DNA from: an uncultured Spirochaetota bacterium
GTDB taxonomy: Bacteria; Spirochaetota; Brevinematia; Brevinematales; JAOACQ01
NCBI GenBank assembly: GCA_963783575.1
Contig: CAWAOD010000005.1
Coordinates: 192,001-256,000, forward strand
DNA: 64,000 nucleotides
Direction of reading: 5' to 3'
Shown: positions 40,128 through 50,583 of the stretch, piece by piece
Position numbering within the stretch: position 1 is the stretch's first letter
How the letters are laid out: each line of letters begins with the position of its first letter
Made by a program: the position numbers and the translations under genes
Notes under the pieces: model-generated
The model's database searches: none
What the model saw: the letters and a program-made list of their open reading frames with translations, nothing else
Told to the model about the DNA's origin: nothing

Positions 40128-41357
40128 ATGCCGGTACCTATCGAAAGGGATCTAAAAAAAATAAAACAGTTGCTGCAGATTACAGAGAATCTGAATCATA
40201 TCAAGGATATAGATTCGTTGCTGGATAATATTTTATTAGAAGCCAGGCTTTTTACAAAAGCCGATGCGGGTACAATATATCTTATTGAGGGCAATAAGCT
40301 TAAATACAGTTATGTTCAGAACGATTCGCTTGCTAAAACGGATGAGGCCAATAATAAATACATCTATTCCATTTTTGAGCTTGAGATCAATGATAAAACA
40401 ATGGCGGGATACGTTGCTTCAACCGGGCAGTCTCTCCTGATTGATGATGTTTATCATATTGAAAAAAATGAATCCTATTCCTTTAACTCGACATTTGATT
40501 CCATTTCATCCTACCGGACAAAATCGGCCTTAACGGTACCGCTGGTAACAAGCCGGCAGAATATTATCGGTGTTATGCAGATCATTAATGCTAAAGACAG
40601 CAAGGGAAATATCGTTTCTTTTACTGATGACGATAAAATTTATGTAACCTTTTTTGCGAACAATGCTTCAGTTGCTATAGAAAGGGCTAAAATGACCCGT
40701 GAAATAGTTCTCAGGATGATTAAAATGACGGAACTGCGCGATCCAAAAGAAACAGGCAATCATGTAAACAGGGTTGGAAGCTACAGCATTGAAATTTATG
40801 AAAAATGGGCAAAAAATAAAGGAATACCTATGCTGGAAATAAAGAAGATGAAAGATAACTTAAGAATTGCCGCAATGTTGCATGATGCCGGTAAGATTGC
40901 GATTTCAGACCTGATACTTAAAAAGCCTGCAAAACTTAATGATGAAGAGTTTGAAACAATGAAGCTGCATACTATTTTCGGGGCAAAATTATTTGAGAAT
41001 GCGGTTTCAGATTGGGACGCCCTGTCGGCTGAAATAGCGCTCCATCATCATGAAAAATGGGATGGCAGCGGTTACATGGGAAAAATAAAAAACATGAATC
41101 CCGATAAAATTAAGCCTGGAAAGGGAAGAAAAGGTGAGGAGATTCCAATCAGCGGCAGGATTGTTGCTCTTGCCGATGTTTATGACGCCTTGATTTCCAG
41201 AAGAGTGTATAAAGAGGCCTGGGATGAGGCTGACGTTTTGAAATACATTAATGATCAGTCAGGAAAGCATTTTGATCCGGAAGTTGTTAAAGCATTTTTT
41301 TCCATATATGATGTAATAAAAGCAATCCGTACGAAATATGCGGAACAAAATAATTGA
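40128..41357 (+). CDS. GAF + HD-GYP phosphodiesterase
   Basis: GAF; RDPKETGNHVNRV, LHDAGK, HHHEKWDGSGY, IVALADVYDAL; RBS GAGG before ATG 40128. Confidence 0.9.
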   Translation: MPVPIERDLKKIKQLLQITENLNHIKDIDSLLDNILLEARLFTKADAGTIYLIEGNKLKYSYVQNDSLAKTDEANNKYIYSIFELEINDKTMAGYVASTGQSLLIDDVYHIEKNESYSFNSTFDSISSYRTKSALTVPLVTSRQNIIGVMQIINAKDSKGNIVSFTDDDKIYVTFFANNASVAIERAKMTREIVLRMIKMTELRDPKETGNHVNRVGSYSIEIYEKWAKNKGIPMLEIKKMKDNLRIAAMLHDAGKIAISDLILKKPAKLNDEEFETMKLHTIFGAKLFENAVSDWDALSAEIALHHHEKWDGSGYMGKIKNMNPDKIKPGKGRKGEEIPISGRIVALADVYDALISRRVYKEAWDEADVLKYINDQSGKHFDPEVVKAFFSIYDVIKAIRTKYAEQNN

Positions 41358-41369
41358 TAAGGACTATTT

Positions 41370-43541
41370 ATGAAAAAAATAACAAGCCTGAAACAGTTAT
41401 CCGGGATTATAACCGAATTACCGAGGGGCGGGTATCTTGTCGATACATCAGCCGGGTATATACAATTCGGATCACCGCCGGAGACGCTTAAAGATACTAT
41501 CTTTCTTCCGAAAGGAGTTCCTACAATATTCGTGCTTCCTATGGAACATTTTGATACGAAGCAGGGTATGAGTGTTGCCGAAATTGAATTTCCCATCTAT
41601 TTTAATTATTTTTTAAAAAAGAAAAAAACCAGGATATTTGTTAACCCCGATCATATAAATAATATGAAGATCGTGCTTCAGGAGGCTGTTTTCGGCCCGG
41701 TAGAGGTTGATGTTAAAAATGAGGTTGAAAAAGTCGAAGGCTATCATGTTCCCGATCTTATGTCAGAAATGAGATACTTCCGTGCCGGAAGAGTGCTTGA
41801 AGATCTGGTTGATCTTAGTGAACTTAATACAAAAGGTTTCAATATTGAAAATGTTAAAATTACCCAGAATGATGACGGTTCGTTTAATGTTATTGATAAT
41901 GATAAATTTCTTGTAAAAGTACCCGCAAAAATCAGCTTCAAAGCTCTTTACGACCTTGGTACGACATTATCCGAACCTTTCATTCCGCCCGAATTCGGCA
42001 TTACATGCCTTGGGCCTTCTCATGGCTTTGATCCCGAACAGAATACATCCGGCTTTATTTTATGGATCAATAAAGCCGGGATTATGGTTGACCCGCCGGC
42101 GAATTCAACTCTCTGGCTGAAGGATTCCAATGTAAATCCGAAGCTTATAGACAGCATTATTTTCACACACTGCCATGCCGATCATGATGCGGGGACTTTC
42201 CAGAAAATCCTGGAAGAAACAAAAATAACGATTTATACAACGCCGACTGTTATGCAGAGCTTTCTCCGGAAATATTCCGCCCTGACAAGAATACCTGCAG
42301 CGACCCTTCTTGATATGTTCAATTTTTATCCGGTTAAAATGAACGGAGTTTATAATATTCATGGAGCGCTTTTCAAGTTTTATTATTCTCTTCATTCCAT
42401 ACCGACGGTCGGTTTTCACTTCAGTTACCGGAACAGGACTTTTATTTATTCTTCGGATCATTTGAATGAACCAAATATTATAAGAAAATTGCATGAGGAT
42501 GGGGTTCTTAAAAAAGAAAGGATGGAACATCTTGTGAATTTCCCATGGAATTACGATATTATATACCATGAAGCCGGCATACCGCCTCTTCACACACCGG
42601 TTAGTTTTTTAAATTCACTGCCCGAGGATGTCCAAAAAAGAATAACTGTATACCATATCGCAGAAAAAGATTTTCCCAGGGAAACCAATCTTAAACTGGC
42701 AAAGTTTGGAATAGGTGAAACGTTTTATCCGGATATAGAAAAGCACCAGTTTGAGGAACCGTATCAAATCCTTGATGTTTTCAGCCGTATTGAGGTATTC
42801 AAAGATCTTACCTTTGACAAGATAAAAGATCTTCTGCTGATAGTGAAAAAAGAAAACTTTAAAAAAGGGGACTTTATTATACGTAAAGATACTCCGGGAG
42901 ATAAATTCTATGTTATCATATCAGGGAATGTGAGCGTCAGCGGCCTTGATAACAGGGAGATTCAGGATAAGGTTTATACGACATTTGAATACTTCGGCGA
43001 AGCTTCGATAGTTCTTGGCGTTCCAAGAAAGGCTGATGTGACGGCCCTGACAAATGTTGAGGCTTATTCCATTGACAAGTATTCATTTCTCAGGCTTATC
43101 AATAACACCAAGGTTGAAAAAAATATAAAACAGCTCGCAAGCACTAGAAATGAAAGTTCCTGGATAGCTATCAAGTCGAATCCTTTCTTTAAAAATCTAT
43201 CCTCATTCCAGGTAACTCAGCTTGAATCCATTTTAACCCAGGTTAATTTCAATAAAGATACTGTTTTGTTCGAGGAAGGGGAAAAGACCGACCATATTTT
43301 TATATTGATCGAAGGCTGTATAGACATTATGGAAAAGGGTAAACACAGCAGGAATTGCGAAAAGGGTGAAATTGTCGGCGATATATTTGCAATAAAGAAT
43401 AATCAGCCTATCGGCAGGACATACAAGGCAAGCGCAGGTTCCAATCTCTATAAAATCAACGGAAAAGATATAATCGCTTTCCTTGAAGAAAACCCGGGTG
43501 TTTTCATAAATATGATGTTTGAGAAAGGGGCTGCTAAATAG
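41370..43541 (+). CDS. Metallo-beta-lactamase-fold protein with two cNMP-binding domains (putative cyclic nucleotide phosphodiesterase)
   Basis: THCHADHD; FGEASIVLGVPRKADV phosphate-binding cassette; second, degenerate cNMP domain. Confidence 0.85.
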   Translation: MKKITSLKQLSGIITELPRGGYLVDTSAGYIQFGSPPETLKDTIFLPKGVPTIFVLPMEHFDTKQGMSVAEIEFPIYFNYFLKKKKTRIFVNPDHINNMKIVLQEAVFGPVEVDVKNEVEKVEGYHVPDLMSEMRYFRAGRVLEDLVDLSELNTKGFNIENVKITQNDDGSFNVIDNDKFLVKVPAKISFKALYDLGTTLSEPFIPPEFGITCLGPSHGFDPEQNTSGFILWINKAGIMVDPPANSTLWLKDSNVNPKLIDSIIFTHCHADHDAGTFQKILEETKITIYTTPTVMQSFLRKYSALTRIPAATLLDMFNFYPVKMNGVYNIHGALFKFYYSLHSIPTVGFHFSYRNRTFIYSSDHLNEPNIIRKLHEDGVLKKERMEHLVNFPWNYDIIYHEAGIPPLHTPVSFLNSLPEDVQKRITVYHIAEKDFPRETNLKLAKFGIGETFYPDIEKHQFEEPYQILDVFSRIEVFKDLTFDKIKDLLLIVKKENFKKGDFIIRKDTPGDKFYVIISGNVSVSGLDNREIQDKVYTTFEYFGEASIVLGVPRKADVTALTNVEAYSIDKYSFLRLINNTKVEKNIKQLASTRNESSWIAIKSNPFFKNLSSFQVTQLESILTQVNFNKDTVLFEEGEKTDHIFILIEGCIDIMEKGKHSRNCEKGEIVGDIFAIKNNQPIGRTYKASAGSNLYKINGKDIIAFLEENPGVFINMMFEKGAAK

Positions 43542-43555
43542 CCGACAGTATAACG

Positions 43556-44335
43556 TCAGCGTTTTGTCGGCTTTTGTACAACCCAGAAACGGTTTTCATG
43601 AGAAATGCTTTTTACCTTGGCTGATTCCACGCATATTTTATTCCGTAAAGTGTTTTCAACCAGAGTAAAACCGGATTTATTTATACAATCCTTAACCTCG
43701 TCCTGTGTCGGAAAGTGAAGATATAATTCAACTCCCTTATCGATTATCATACGGTCACCGAAATCCAGGAGCCTTTTATCCTGCTCATTATTATTCCATA
43801 TTTTTTTTTCACTTTCCCAATAATTCTGCCATTTATTTTTATCGCGGTCATTGTGGGTTGTGAAAATAAAAACGCCTCCCGGTTTCAATATCCTGCGGAT
43901 TTCCATCATTGCTTTTGTCCGGTTGTCTATTCCCGGGATCTGCATAATGCCGTTAAAGGAAAAAAGAGCTCCATCAAAAGTATTATCCCGGAATTGAAGA
44001 TTAAGTACGTTTCCCTGGATAAAATTGATATTTAAACCGTATTTTTCCGACAGTTCACACGCTTTCCCGATCATTTTCTCAGAAAGGTCAAGCCCGGTTA
44101 TGCGATTATATCCAAGGCGGTAAAGGCCAATAGTAGTCCTGCCGGCACCGCACCCGATATCAAGTATATAACCGTCTTTCCGGAAATACTTGTTTGCCAT
44201 TATCGCTTCTGATTTCCATAATTTAATTTCAACAGCCTGCTTTCCGTATTCTTCTACGACTTTAGGCGTTAAGTAGGCTTTTTTTATATCCTCAATGCTG
44301 ATTTTATTATAACCGGACATAAATTGCTCCAGCAA
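43556..44335 (-). CDS. Class I SAM-dependent methyltransferase
   Basis: ILDIGCGAG; RILKPGG. Confidence 0.9.
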   Translation of the reverse strand: MLEQFMSGYNKISIEDIKKAYLTPKVVEEYGKQAVEIKLWKSEAIMANKYFRKDGYILDIGCGAGRTTIGLYRLGYNRITGLDLSEKMIGKACELSEKYGLNINFIQGNVLNLQFRDNTFDGALFSFNGIMQIPGIDNRTKAMMEIRRILKPGGVFIFTTHNDRDKNKWQNYWESEKKIWNNNEQDKRLLDFGDRMIIDKGVELYLHFPTQDEVKDCINKSGFTLVENTLRNKICVESAKVKSISHENRFWVVQKPTKR

Positions 44336-44480
44336 TGCAATGCTAAAGTTTAAATTCTCTAATTATCTACTGCGTTAACACCAGCCACGTTTAAATATTA
44401 AAAAAGCGCGCCAGCATCAAAAGTGTCCATTTATAAAATTAAGTAAATCTTTTTTAATTTTTGTATATAGAAAATAAGCT

Positions 44481-44729
44481 TTATATTTCCATACTTTTAA
44501 CCCTTACTCCCTTACATTCGAGAAGAGCGGTTTCAAGATTTTTTATTTCATCATTAGTTCCATATAAATGGAGCAGAATCAAGCCGCCCTCAGAGCAGTT
44601 CTTTTCAACTTCATGAATGCCAAGTCTGACTTTTATTATGCAGCCATGGTTTGTAAGAACTTCCTGAACTTTTAATGCTTCCTCACGCCTTCTGTCCAGA
44701 AGTACTGCCATTATAACAGTTTGGTTCAT
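44481..44729 (-). CDS. TM1266/NikR-C-like small protein
   Basis: VQEVLTNHGCIIKVRLGIHE. Confidence 0.7.
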   Translation of the reverse strand: MNQTVIMAVLLDRRREEALKVQEVLTNHGCIIKVRLGIHEVEKNCSEGGLILLHLYGTNDEIKNLETALLECKGVRVKSMEI

Positions 44730-44893
44730 AAATTCCTCTTATTTATTATTTGTTAAGCTTTGTTTATAAGTAAAATTTTAATTTATGATCTGTAATTCTG
44801 CAAAATAATAAAGGGTATGCAATTTCATATTTTCTAGAAAAGTTTACCGCAAAATAACTAAGGAAATTGTTGATCAAATCGGTATACCAGGTT

Positions 44894-46021
44894 TTATATT
44901 CCCAGGTCCAGCTTAATCGAAATGAATTTCATTATATCCTTTAGGGTTAAAATACCCATCAGCTTTTCACCTTCAACAACCAAAAGCCTGCTGTTGCCTG
45001 TTTTCTGCATCAGCAGGAGAGCCTTACCGGCGTCAGTATCGGGAGTAATTGTATTAACGGGTGATAAAGCGCCTGCTGTTTCGCCGACGGTTTTTGTTTT
45101 CCATTCGTCGCGCGGGATAGATTTTAACATTCGTGTTGTTATAATACCGGCTACTCGGTCATCTGTAACAACCGGAAACATTTTATAATGGTACTCATAA
45201 ATAAAGTTTTCAACCAGCTGCTCAAGGGTTAATGACTGGCTGACTGTAACTGGGTCTTTTTTCATAAACCTTTCTATTTTCTCGCCTGCAAGGGCATCGC
45301 GGGCCAGAAGTTGCTGATATGAAGATCTGGCGGCGTTCTGAAGGAACATTCCTATCAATACCCACCATAATCCGTTGATAAAGTTGGACATAATGATCTG
45401 CACAATTCCAAAAGCTATGAGTAAAATGCCGAAAACCGACCCAATCCTGGAAGAAATCTTTGTGGCCCATTTTATATTTTTTTTCCATTGCCATAATGCT
45501 GACCTGAGCACTCGCCCTCCATCCAGGGGAAACGCGGGGACAAGATTGAAAGCCGCCAGAGTCCAGTTAATGAATGAAAGATAACCGATGATTCCTTTGA
45601 CCGGATCCGGCCAATTGAGATAATTCCCCCCCATAAGAAAACAGTAAAATATTAATCCCAGTATTATACTGGAAACCGGGCCTGCTATTGCCATTAGAAA
45701 TTCAGTTTTTGCGTTCGGCGGTTCATCCTCCATCTGAGCTACTCCGCCGAAAATAAACAATGTTATGCCTTTAATTTGAAGCCCGTATCTTCTGGCTACA
45801 AGAGAATGGCTCATCTCATGGAAAACGATCGAAAAAAACAGGCCTAAGGCGCCAGCTAAGCCCATCCACCAGTATGTAAACATTGAAAGATTTTTTATAT
45901 AATAAGGGAAAAGCCCCATCGCGAGGGACCAAGTAATGAGAACAGCTATAATTAACCAGCTTGCGTCTATTTTAACCTCAAACCCAAAGATGCTGAATAA
46001 TCTGATTGATTTACCGAACAT
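44894..46021 (-). CDS. Site-2 protease (M50) with CBS pair
   Basis: HEMSH; FNLVPAFPLDGGR; C-terminal CBS domains. Confidence 0.93.
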   Translation of the reverse strand: MFGKSIRLFSIFGFEVKIDASWLIIAVLITWSLAMGLFPYYIKNLSMFTYWWMGLAGALGLFFSIVFHEMSHSLVARRYGLQIKGITLFIFGGVAQMEDEPPNAKTEFLMAIAGPVSSIILGLIFYCFLMGGNYLNWPDPVKGIIGYLSFINWTLAAFNLVPAFPLDGGRVLRSALWQWKKNIKWATKISSRIGSVFGILLIAFGIVQIIMSNFINGLWWVLIGMFLQNAARSSYQQLLARDALAGEKIERFMKKDPVTVSQSLTLEQLVENFIYEYHYKMFPVVTDDRVAGIITTRMLKSIPRDEWKTKTVGETAGALSPVNTITPDTDAGKALLLMQKTGNSRLLVVEGEKLMGILTLKDIMKFISIKLDLGI

Positions 46022-46118
46022 AAAAATCCTCCTGCATACTAAATATTAATAATGAAAAACATTTTTGACAAATCGCTTGTCGAATATACAAAAAATCAGT
46101 TAACTGTGTAATCGATAT

Positions 46119-46895
46119 TCATTTTATAACGAATGATCTCATTGATACCGATCCGTTTTGTATGCCTTCATGAAAGAAAGTTACGGTTTCTGATTTTTCC
46201 TTCAACGCAAGCGCATAAAGCATCGGCAGATAATGATCGTTTGTTGGTACGGCGAGTCTGGCCGGTTCTCCCAATTTTTGATAATCGATGAGCTTTTTAT
46301 GTTCATCAGCAAGAATCAGCTTTTTAACCGTTGAATCGAATTCTAATGTCCAGTCAAAAGGCGCTGCCTCGGTTTCATATTTAATCATTCGGAGATTATG
46401 GACAATATTTCCGCTTCCTATGATTAAAATTCCATTTTCCCTCAGGGGCTTTAATGCTTTTCCCATTTCATAATGAAAATCCGCCGGAGCCCCGACGCAT
46501 AGCGAAAGTTCAATTACGGGGATACCGGCACCAGGGTACATATGGTGCAGCACTGCCCAGGATGCATGGTCCAGACCCCATTTGCCGCATTGTGCATTAT
46601 ATTTTTTGAGCGATTCGATGGCCTCTTCCGAGACTTCTTTTGATCCTTTTGCCGGGTATCTGCACTGGTAGAGCTCCTGCGGAAAACCGTAAAAATCATA
46701 AATCTGCTCAGGAGATTTGTCGCAGGTTACAAATGTTCCTTCGGTTAACCAATGAGCCGAAATAACAGCAATAGCACGAGGTCTGGAAAGTTCCATCCCG
46801 ATTTTTTTTAACGATCTGGTAAAATCGTTATCCAAAATAATATTCATCGGCGATCCATGCCCGATAAATAATACAGGCATCTTTTCATAATCCAT
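46119..46895 (-). CDS. ygiD: 4,5-DOPA extradiol dioxygenase (LigB family)
   Basis: FIGHGSPMN, ISAHW, GLDHASW, SGNIVHNL, DHYLP. Confidence 0.9.
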   Translation of the reverse strand: MDYEKMPVLFIGHGSPMNIILDNDFTRSLKKIGMELSRPRAIAVISAHWLTEGTFVTCDKSPEQIYDFYGFPQELYQCRYPAKGSKEVSEEAIESLKKYNAQCGKWGLDHASWAVLHHMYPGAGIPVIELSLCVGAPADFHYEMGKALKPLRENGILIIGSGNIVHNLRMIKYETEAAPFDWTLEFDSTVKKLILADEHKKLIDYQKLGEPARLAVPTNDHYLPMLYALALKEKSETVTFFHEGIQNGSVSMRSFVIK

Positions 46896-47106
46896 AAAAC
46901 CCCCTTATACTAAGGCATATCAATAAAATAATGATTATACATAAAAAGGTAAAGTTTTCCTTGACGAAAATACATTGTTATTATTAAACTTTTAAAGAGT
47001 ATTGTATTGATTTCAGTAATCCTGGAGCTGATGATATTAGCAGGTTATTCAATTTACAGGCTGAAATGAAAATCAGGTGAAATAAAGTTTATATTAAGGG
47101 GGTTTT

Positions 47107-47749
47107 ATGAATCTAGTTTTAATCGGCGCAACCGGATACGTTGGAGGTTTTGTTTTGAAGGAGGCATTGGATAGGGGGCATACTATAACCGCTGTATCCC
47201 GGCATATTGAAAAATTGATACCGCATCCTAATCAAAAAGCCGCTAATTGCGATATTTTTAATGAAGATGAATTGGCTGCGATCATATCAGGGGCATGAGG
47301 CCGTTATTAGTTCGTATAACCCGGGATGGAGCAATCCCGATATCCGAAGCCTTTTTGTTAAAGGCTCAAAAGCAATAATCGGCAGCGTTAAACAATCCGG
47401 AATCAAACGTTTGATTGTTATCGGCGGGGCAGGTAGCCTTTATGTCAAACCCGGATTGCAGCTTGTGGATACAAAGGATTTTCCTAATGAGTATAAGGAT
47501 GGTGCGCTTGGCGCCAGGGAAGTGCTTGATATTTTAAAAAATGAAACGGATTTGGACTGGACGTTTGTAAGCCCATCCACAATTCTTGCGCCGGGTGAAA
47601 GAACGGGAAAATTCAGAATTGGAAATGATCAACTGCTTCTTGATGAAAATGGGGAAAGCAGAATTTCGACTCAGGATCTTGCTATGGCAATTATTAACGA
47701 GATTGAAACTCCTAAATTTATAAAAGAACGATTTACTGTAGGTTACTGA
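47107..47749 (+). CDS. NAD(P)H-binding oxidoreductase (flavin reductase-like), +1 frameshift in a G-run at ~47290
   Basis: IGATGYVG in 47107-47298; GGAGSL, DWTFVSP and ERFTVGY in 47261-47749. Confidence 0.85.
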
Positions 47750-47776
47750 TAATTATTTTTTACAAAGAATAAAAAG

Positions 47777-47809
47777 GAAGGGATTTAACCCTAATGACTA
47801 AATCCCTTC
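47777..47809. terminator. Probable bidirectional terminator between convergent genes
   Basis: GAAGGGATTTA...TAAATCCCTTC. Confidence 0.6.
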
Positions 47810-47843
47810 TATTAAGCTTTGAACGGGTTAAATAAATTTATGT

Positions 47844-48728
47844 TTATGCGGCTTTCTTTATCCCGGATTTCTGCCAGCCATGCTTTTTAAGCCAGCTTTC
47901 AAGAGTCATTAATCCCTTATACATCCTGTGAAGTGATTTAATATCAGCCTTATATCCGTAATTATTCAGCCATTCCGACATTTTAAACATCTCATAACTC
48001 AGGCTTTTAATTTGTTCTGCAGGAATTTCTTGATATATTACCTTTCTGCCGGTCACTTTTGAAAAAATCCTTGCTGCTTCAATCATTGTGAATTCATCTC
48101 CTGCCAATTCAATCTCTAAGCCGTTAAAGTCCTCAGGTTTGTCAAATGCCATGTTAACGAAAGCGCCAAGATCTTCCGGCGCTATATATTGAACCTTTTT
48201 ATCCGGATGTGTGTATGATTTAAGGACTCCGTTCAATATGGATTCACGGCTGTCAGGCCTTTCAAAGTTGTACATATAAGAGACCGGTCTGAAGATTGTG
48301 TATTTTAAACCGGAATCCCGAATGTAGAACTCAATTTCCCTTTTACTTTCAAAATGAGGGATTTTTGTATTCCTTTCTGCAGCACCGACCGATGTAAAAA
48401 TTAAATGTGAAATTCCGGCATCTTTTGCGGCATCAACCAGATTTTTTCCCTGGCGGATTTCACCTTCGGTTCCCTTTTCCATAAAAGTTGTAACAAGAAA
48501 AGCCCCATAAACATCCTTTATTGATTTATCAAGAGAACTTTTATCGAAGAGATCGCCGATTACTACTTCGGCTCCCCTTTTTTCCAATGATTTTATTATA
48601 TCATCGGAATTTTTCCGCGTAAGCGCTCTTACAGACCAGCCGTTTTTTATCAGGCTATCCAGAACAGCTCTGCCCTGGTGACCTGTAGCTCCTGTGACCA
48701 ATATGGTTTTATCTTTTTTCCCGGTCAT
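47844..48728 (-). CDS. NmrA/HSCARG family protein
   Basis: VTGATGHQG; PHFESK; IFRP. Confidence 0.9.
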   Translation of the reverse strand: MTGKKDKTILVTGATGHQGRAVLDSLIKNGWSVRALTRKNSDDIIKSLEKRGAEVVIGDLFDKSSLDKSIKDVYGAFLVTTFMEKGTEGEIRQGKNLVDAAKDAGISHLIFTSVGAAERNTKIPHFESKREIEFYIRDSGLKYTIFRPVSYMYNFERPDSRESILNGVLKSYTHPDKKVQYIAPEDLGAFVNMAFDKPEDFNGLEIELAGDEFTMIEAARIFSKVTGRKVIYQEIPAEQIKSLSYEMFKMSEWLNNYGYKADIKSLHRMYKGLMTLESWLKKHGWQKSGIKKAA

Positions 48729-48896
48729 ATAGACCCCCTATACAAAATTGCATGTTTAAGATATTATTCATTCTTAATTAAAAATAATAAAATCCGATGA
48801 AAAGTCAAATTCGGTATAAATTAATTCATTATATACTTGACCTTTATTCCAATTATTTTTATATATAATTATATGACTATGCTTTCGGAGGTTTAT

Positions 48897-49781
48897 ATGA
48901 TTGATATAAAAAATAAAACTATTCTTGTAACCGGGGCTTCCGGTAATCAGGGAATGGCTGTGGTTGATAATCTTCTGAGAGTCGGCTGGAAGGTTAAGGC
49001 TTTGACCAGAGGCGGTTCTAGAGAATCTGTCAATAAACTCAGACAAATGGGCGCAGGTATTTATATTGCGGATTTGAATGACCGTTTAACAATCAACAAG
49101 TTAATGAAAAACATTTATGGAGTTTTTGCTCTTACAACATCTCAGGAGCAGGGAACAGCAGGCGAGATTTTCCGTGGAAAGAATCTTGCCGATTCTGCAT
49201 TAAAAGCCGGTGTAAAGCATTTTGTCTATTCATCGGTAGCCGGTTCGGATCAAAATACCAGAATCCTCCAGTATAAAAGTAAAAGGGTTATCGAACAATA
49301 TATCAAGGATATAGGATTGAATTATACTATTTTCAGACCGGTATTTTTTATGTATAATTTCAATATGCCTGAACTAAAGAAATCAATCAGTGAAGGTATT
49401 CTGCGCCTTCCGTTAAAACCGGGTAAACTTTTGCAAATGATTGCTCCTGATGATCTTGGAATTTTTGTAAGAATGGCCTTTGAATCGCCGGAAATGTTTT
49501 TGGATAAATCAATTGACATAGCCGGTGATGAAATGACTTTAAGAGAAGCTGCCGGGATTTTTACTGCCAGGATAGGCTGCAGAGTTGTTTACGAAGAAAT
49601 CCCGATCGAAATGATACAAAATGAGAGTAAGGATGATGCTTTAATGTTCGAATGGCTGAATGACAGTAATTTTAAAGTTGATATAAAATCATTAAAAACC
49701 ATTCATCCTGGTTTGATGACACTTGACAACTGGTTATATAATAATGGCTGGAGCAAGAGTTGCATTATGAAAGCCGCTTAA
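48897..49781 (+). CDS. NmrA/HSCARG family protein, divergent paralog
   Basis: VTGASGNQG; RBS GGAGG before ATG 48897. Confidence 0.9.
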   Translation: MIDIKNKTILVTGASGNQGMAVVDNLLRVGWKVKALTRGGSRESVNKLRQMGAGIYIADLNDRLTINKLMKNIYGVFALTTSQEQGTAGEIFRGKNLADSALKAGVKHFVYSSVAGSDQNTRILQYKSKRVIEQYIKDIGLNYTIFRPVFFMYNFNMPELKKSISEGILRLPLKPGKLLQMIAPDDLGIFVRMAFESPEMFLDKSIDIAGDEMTLREAAGIFTARIGCRVVYEEIPIEMIQNESKDDALMFEWLNDSNFKVDIKSLKTIHPGLMTLDNWLYNNGWSKSCIMKAA

Positions 49782-49873
49782 CAAGCGTTCTCCTTTAGTT
49801 CGGCCTGTCTGCTGCCAGGCAGGCAGGCTTCTTGACTATGAGATATATATTAGAATTTATATGTGAGGTTTTT

Positions 49874-50581
49874 ATGAACAAACTTCTGAATGACAAATGG
49901 GCTTTTGTTACAGGATCGAGCCGCGGGATAGGACAGCAGATTGCTCTGGGTCTGGCTCAATACGGATGCAATATTGTGCTTCATGGGAGGGTAAAAAATA
50001 ATGCTTTAAAAACCAAAATGCTGCTCAAAGATTATGATGTTAAAACTGAGATGGTAGAAGGTGAGCTTAGGGATGAAAAAAAAATCCTGAATATGTGCGA
50101 TGAGGCATATAAAGCGGTGGGGCATATCGATATTCTTTATAATAACGCCGCTGTAATGAGCAAATACGATAAAATCTGGAATATACCAATGGCTGAATGG
50201 AAAAGGGTGTTTGAAATCAATGTTTTTGCAATGATTACAATCTGTAATTATTTTATTCCCAGGATGGTTGAAAAAGGTTACGGCCGTATTATAAACATTA
50301 CTTCCGGTATCAAAGACCAGCCTGAACTTTCACCGTACAGCGTATCAAAGGCAGCCGTTGATAAGTATACACTTGATGTTGCGGCTGAATTAAAAGGGAC
50401 AAACGTACTGATATCATATCTCGATCCGGGCTGGCTCCGGACGGATCTCGGATCGGAAAGAGCGCCTTATTCAGTCGAGACTGTTATTCCAGGCGCGATT
50501 GTCCCGGCCCTGCTTGAAGACTTCGGTCCGAACGGCGAGCGGTTCTATGCCCAGGATTATAAGAATCTCAAACTGCAATAA
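49874..50581 (+). CDS. Short-chain dehydrogenase/reductase
   Basis: TGSSRGIG; NNAA; YSVSK; PGWLRTD. Confidence 0.9.
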   Translation: MNKLLNDKWAFVTGSSRGIGQQIALGLAQYGCNIVLHGRVKNNALKTKMLLKDYDVKTEMVEGELRDEKKILNMCDEAYKAVGHIDILYNNAAVMSKYDKIWNIPMAEWKRVFEINVFAMITICNYFIPRMVEKGYGRIINITSGIKDQPELSPYSVSKAAVDKYTLDVAAELKGTNVLISYLDPGWLRTDLGSERAPYSVETVIPGAIVPALLEDFGPNGERFYAQDYKNLKLQ

Positions 50582-50583
50582 TA

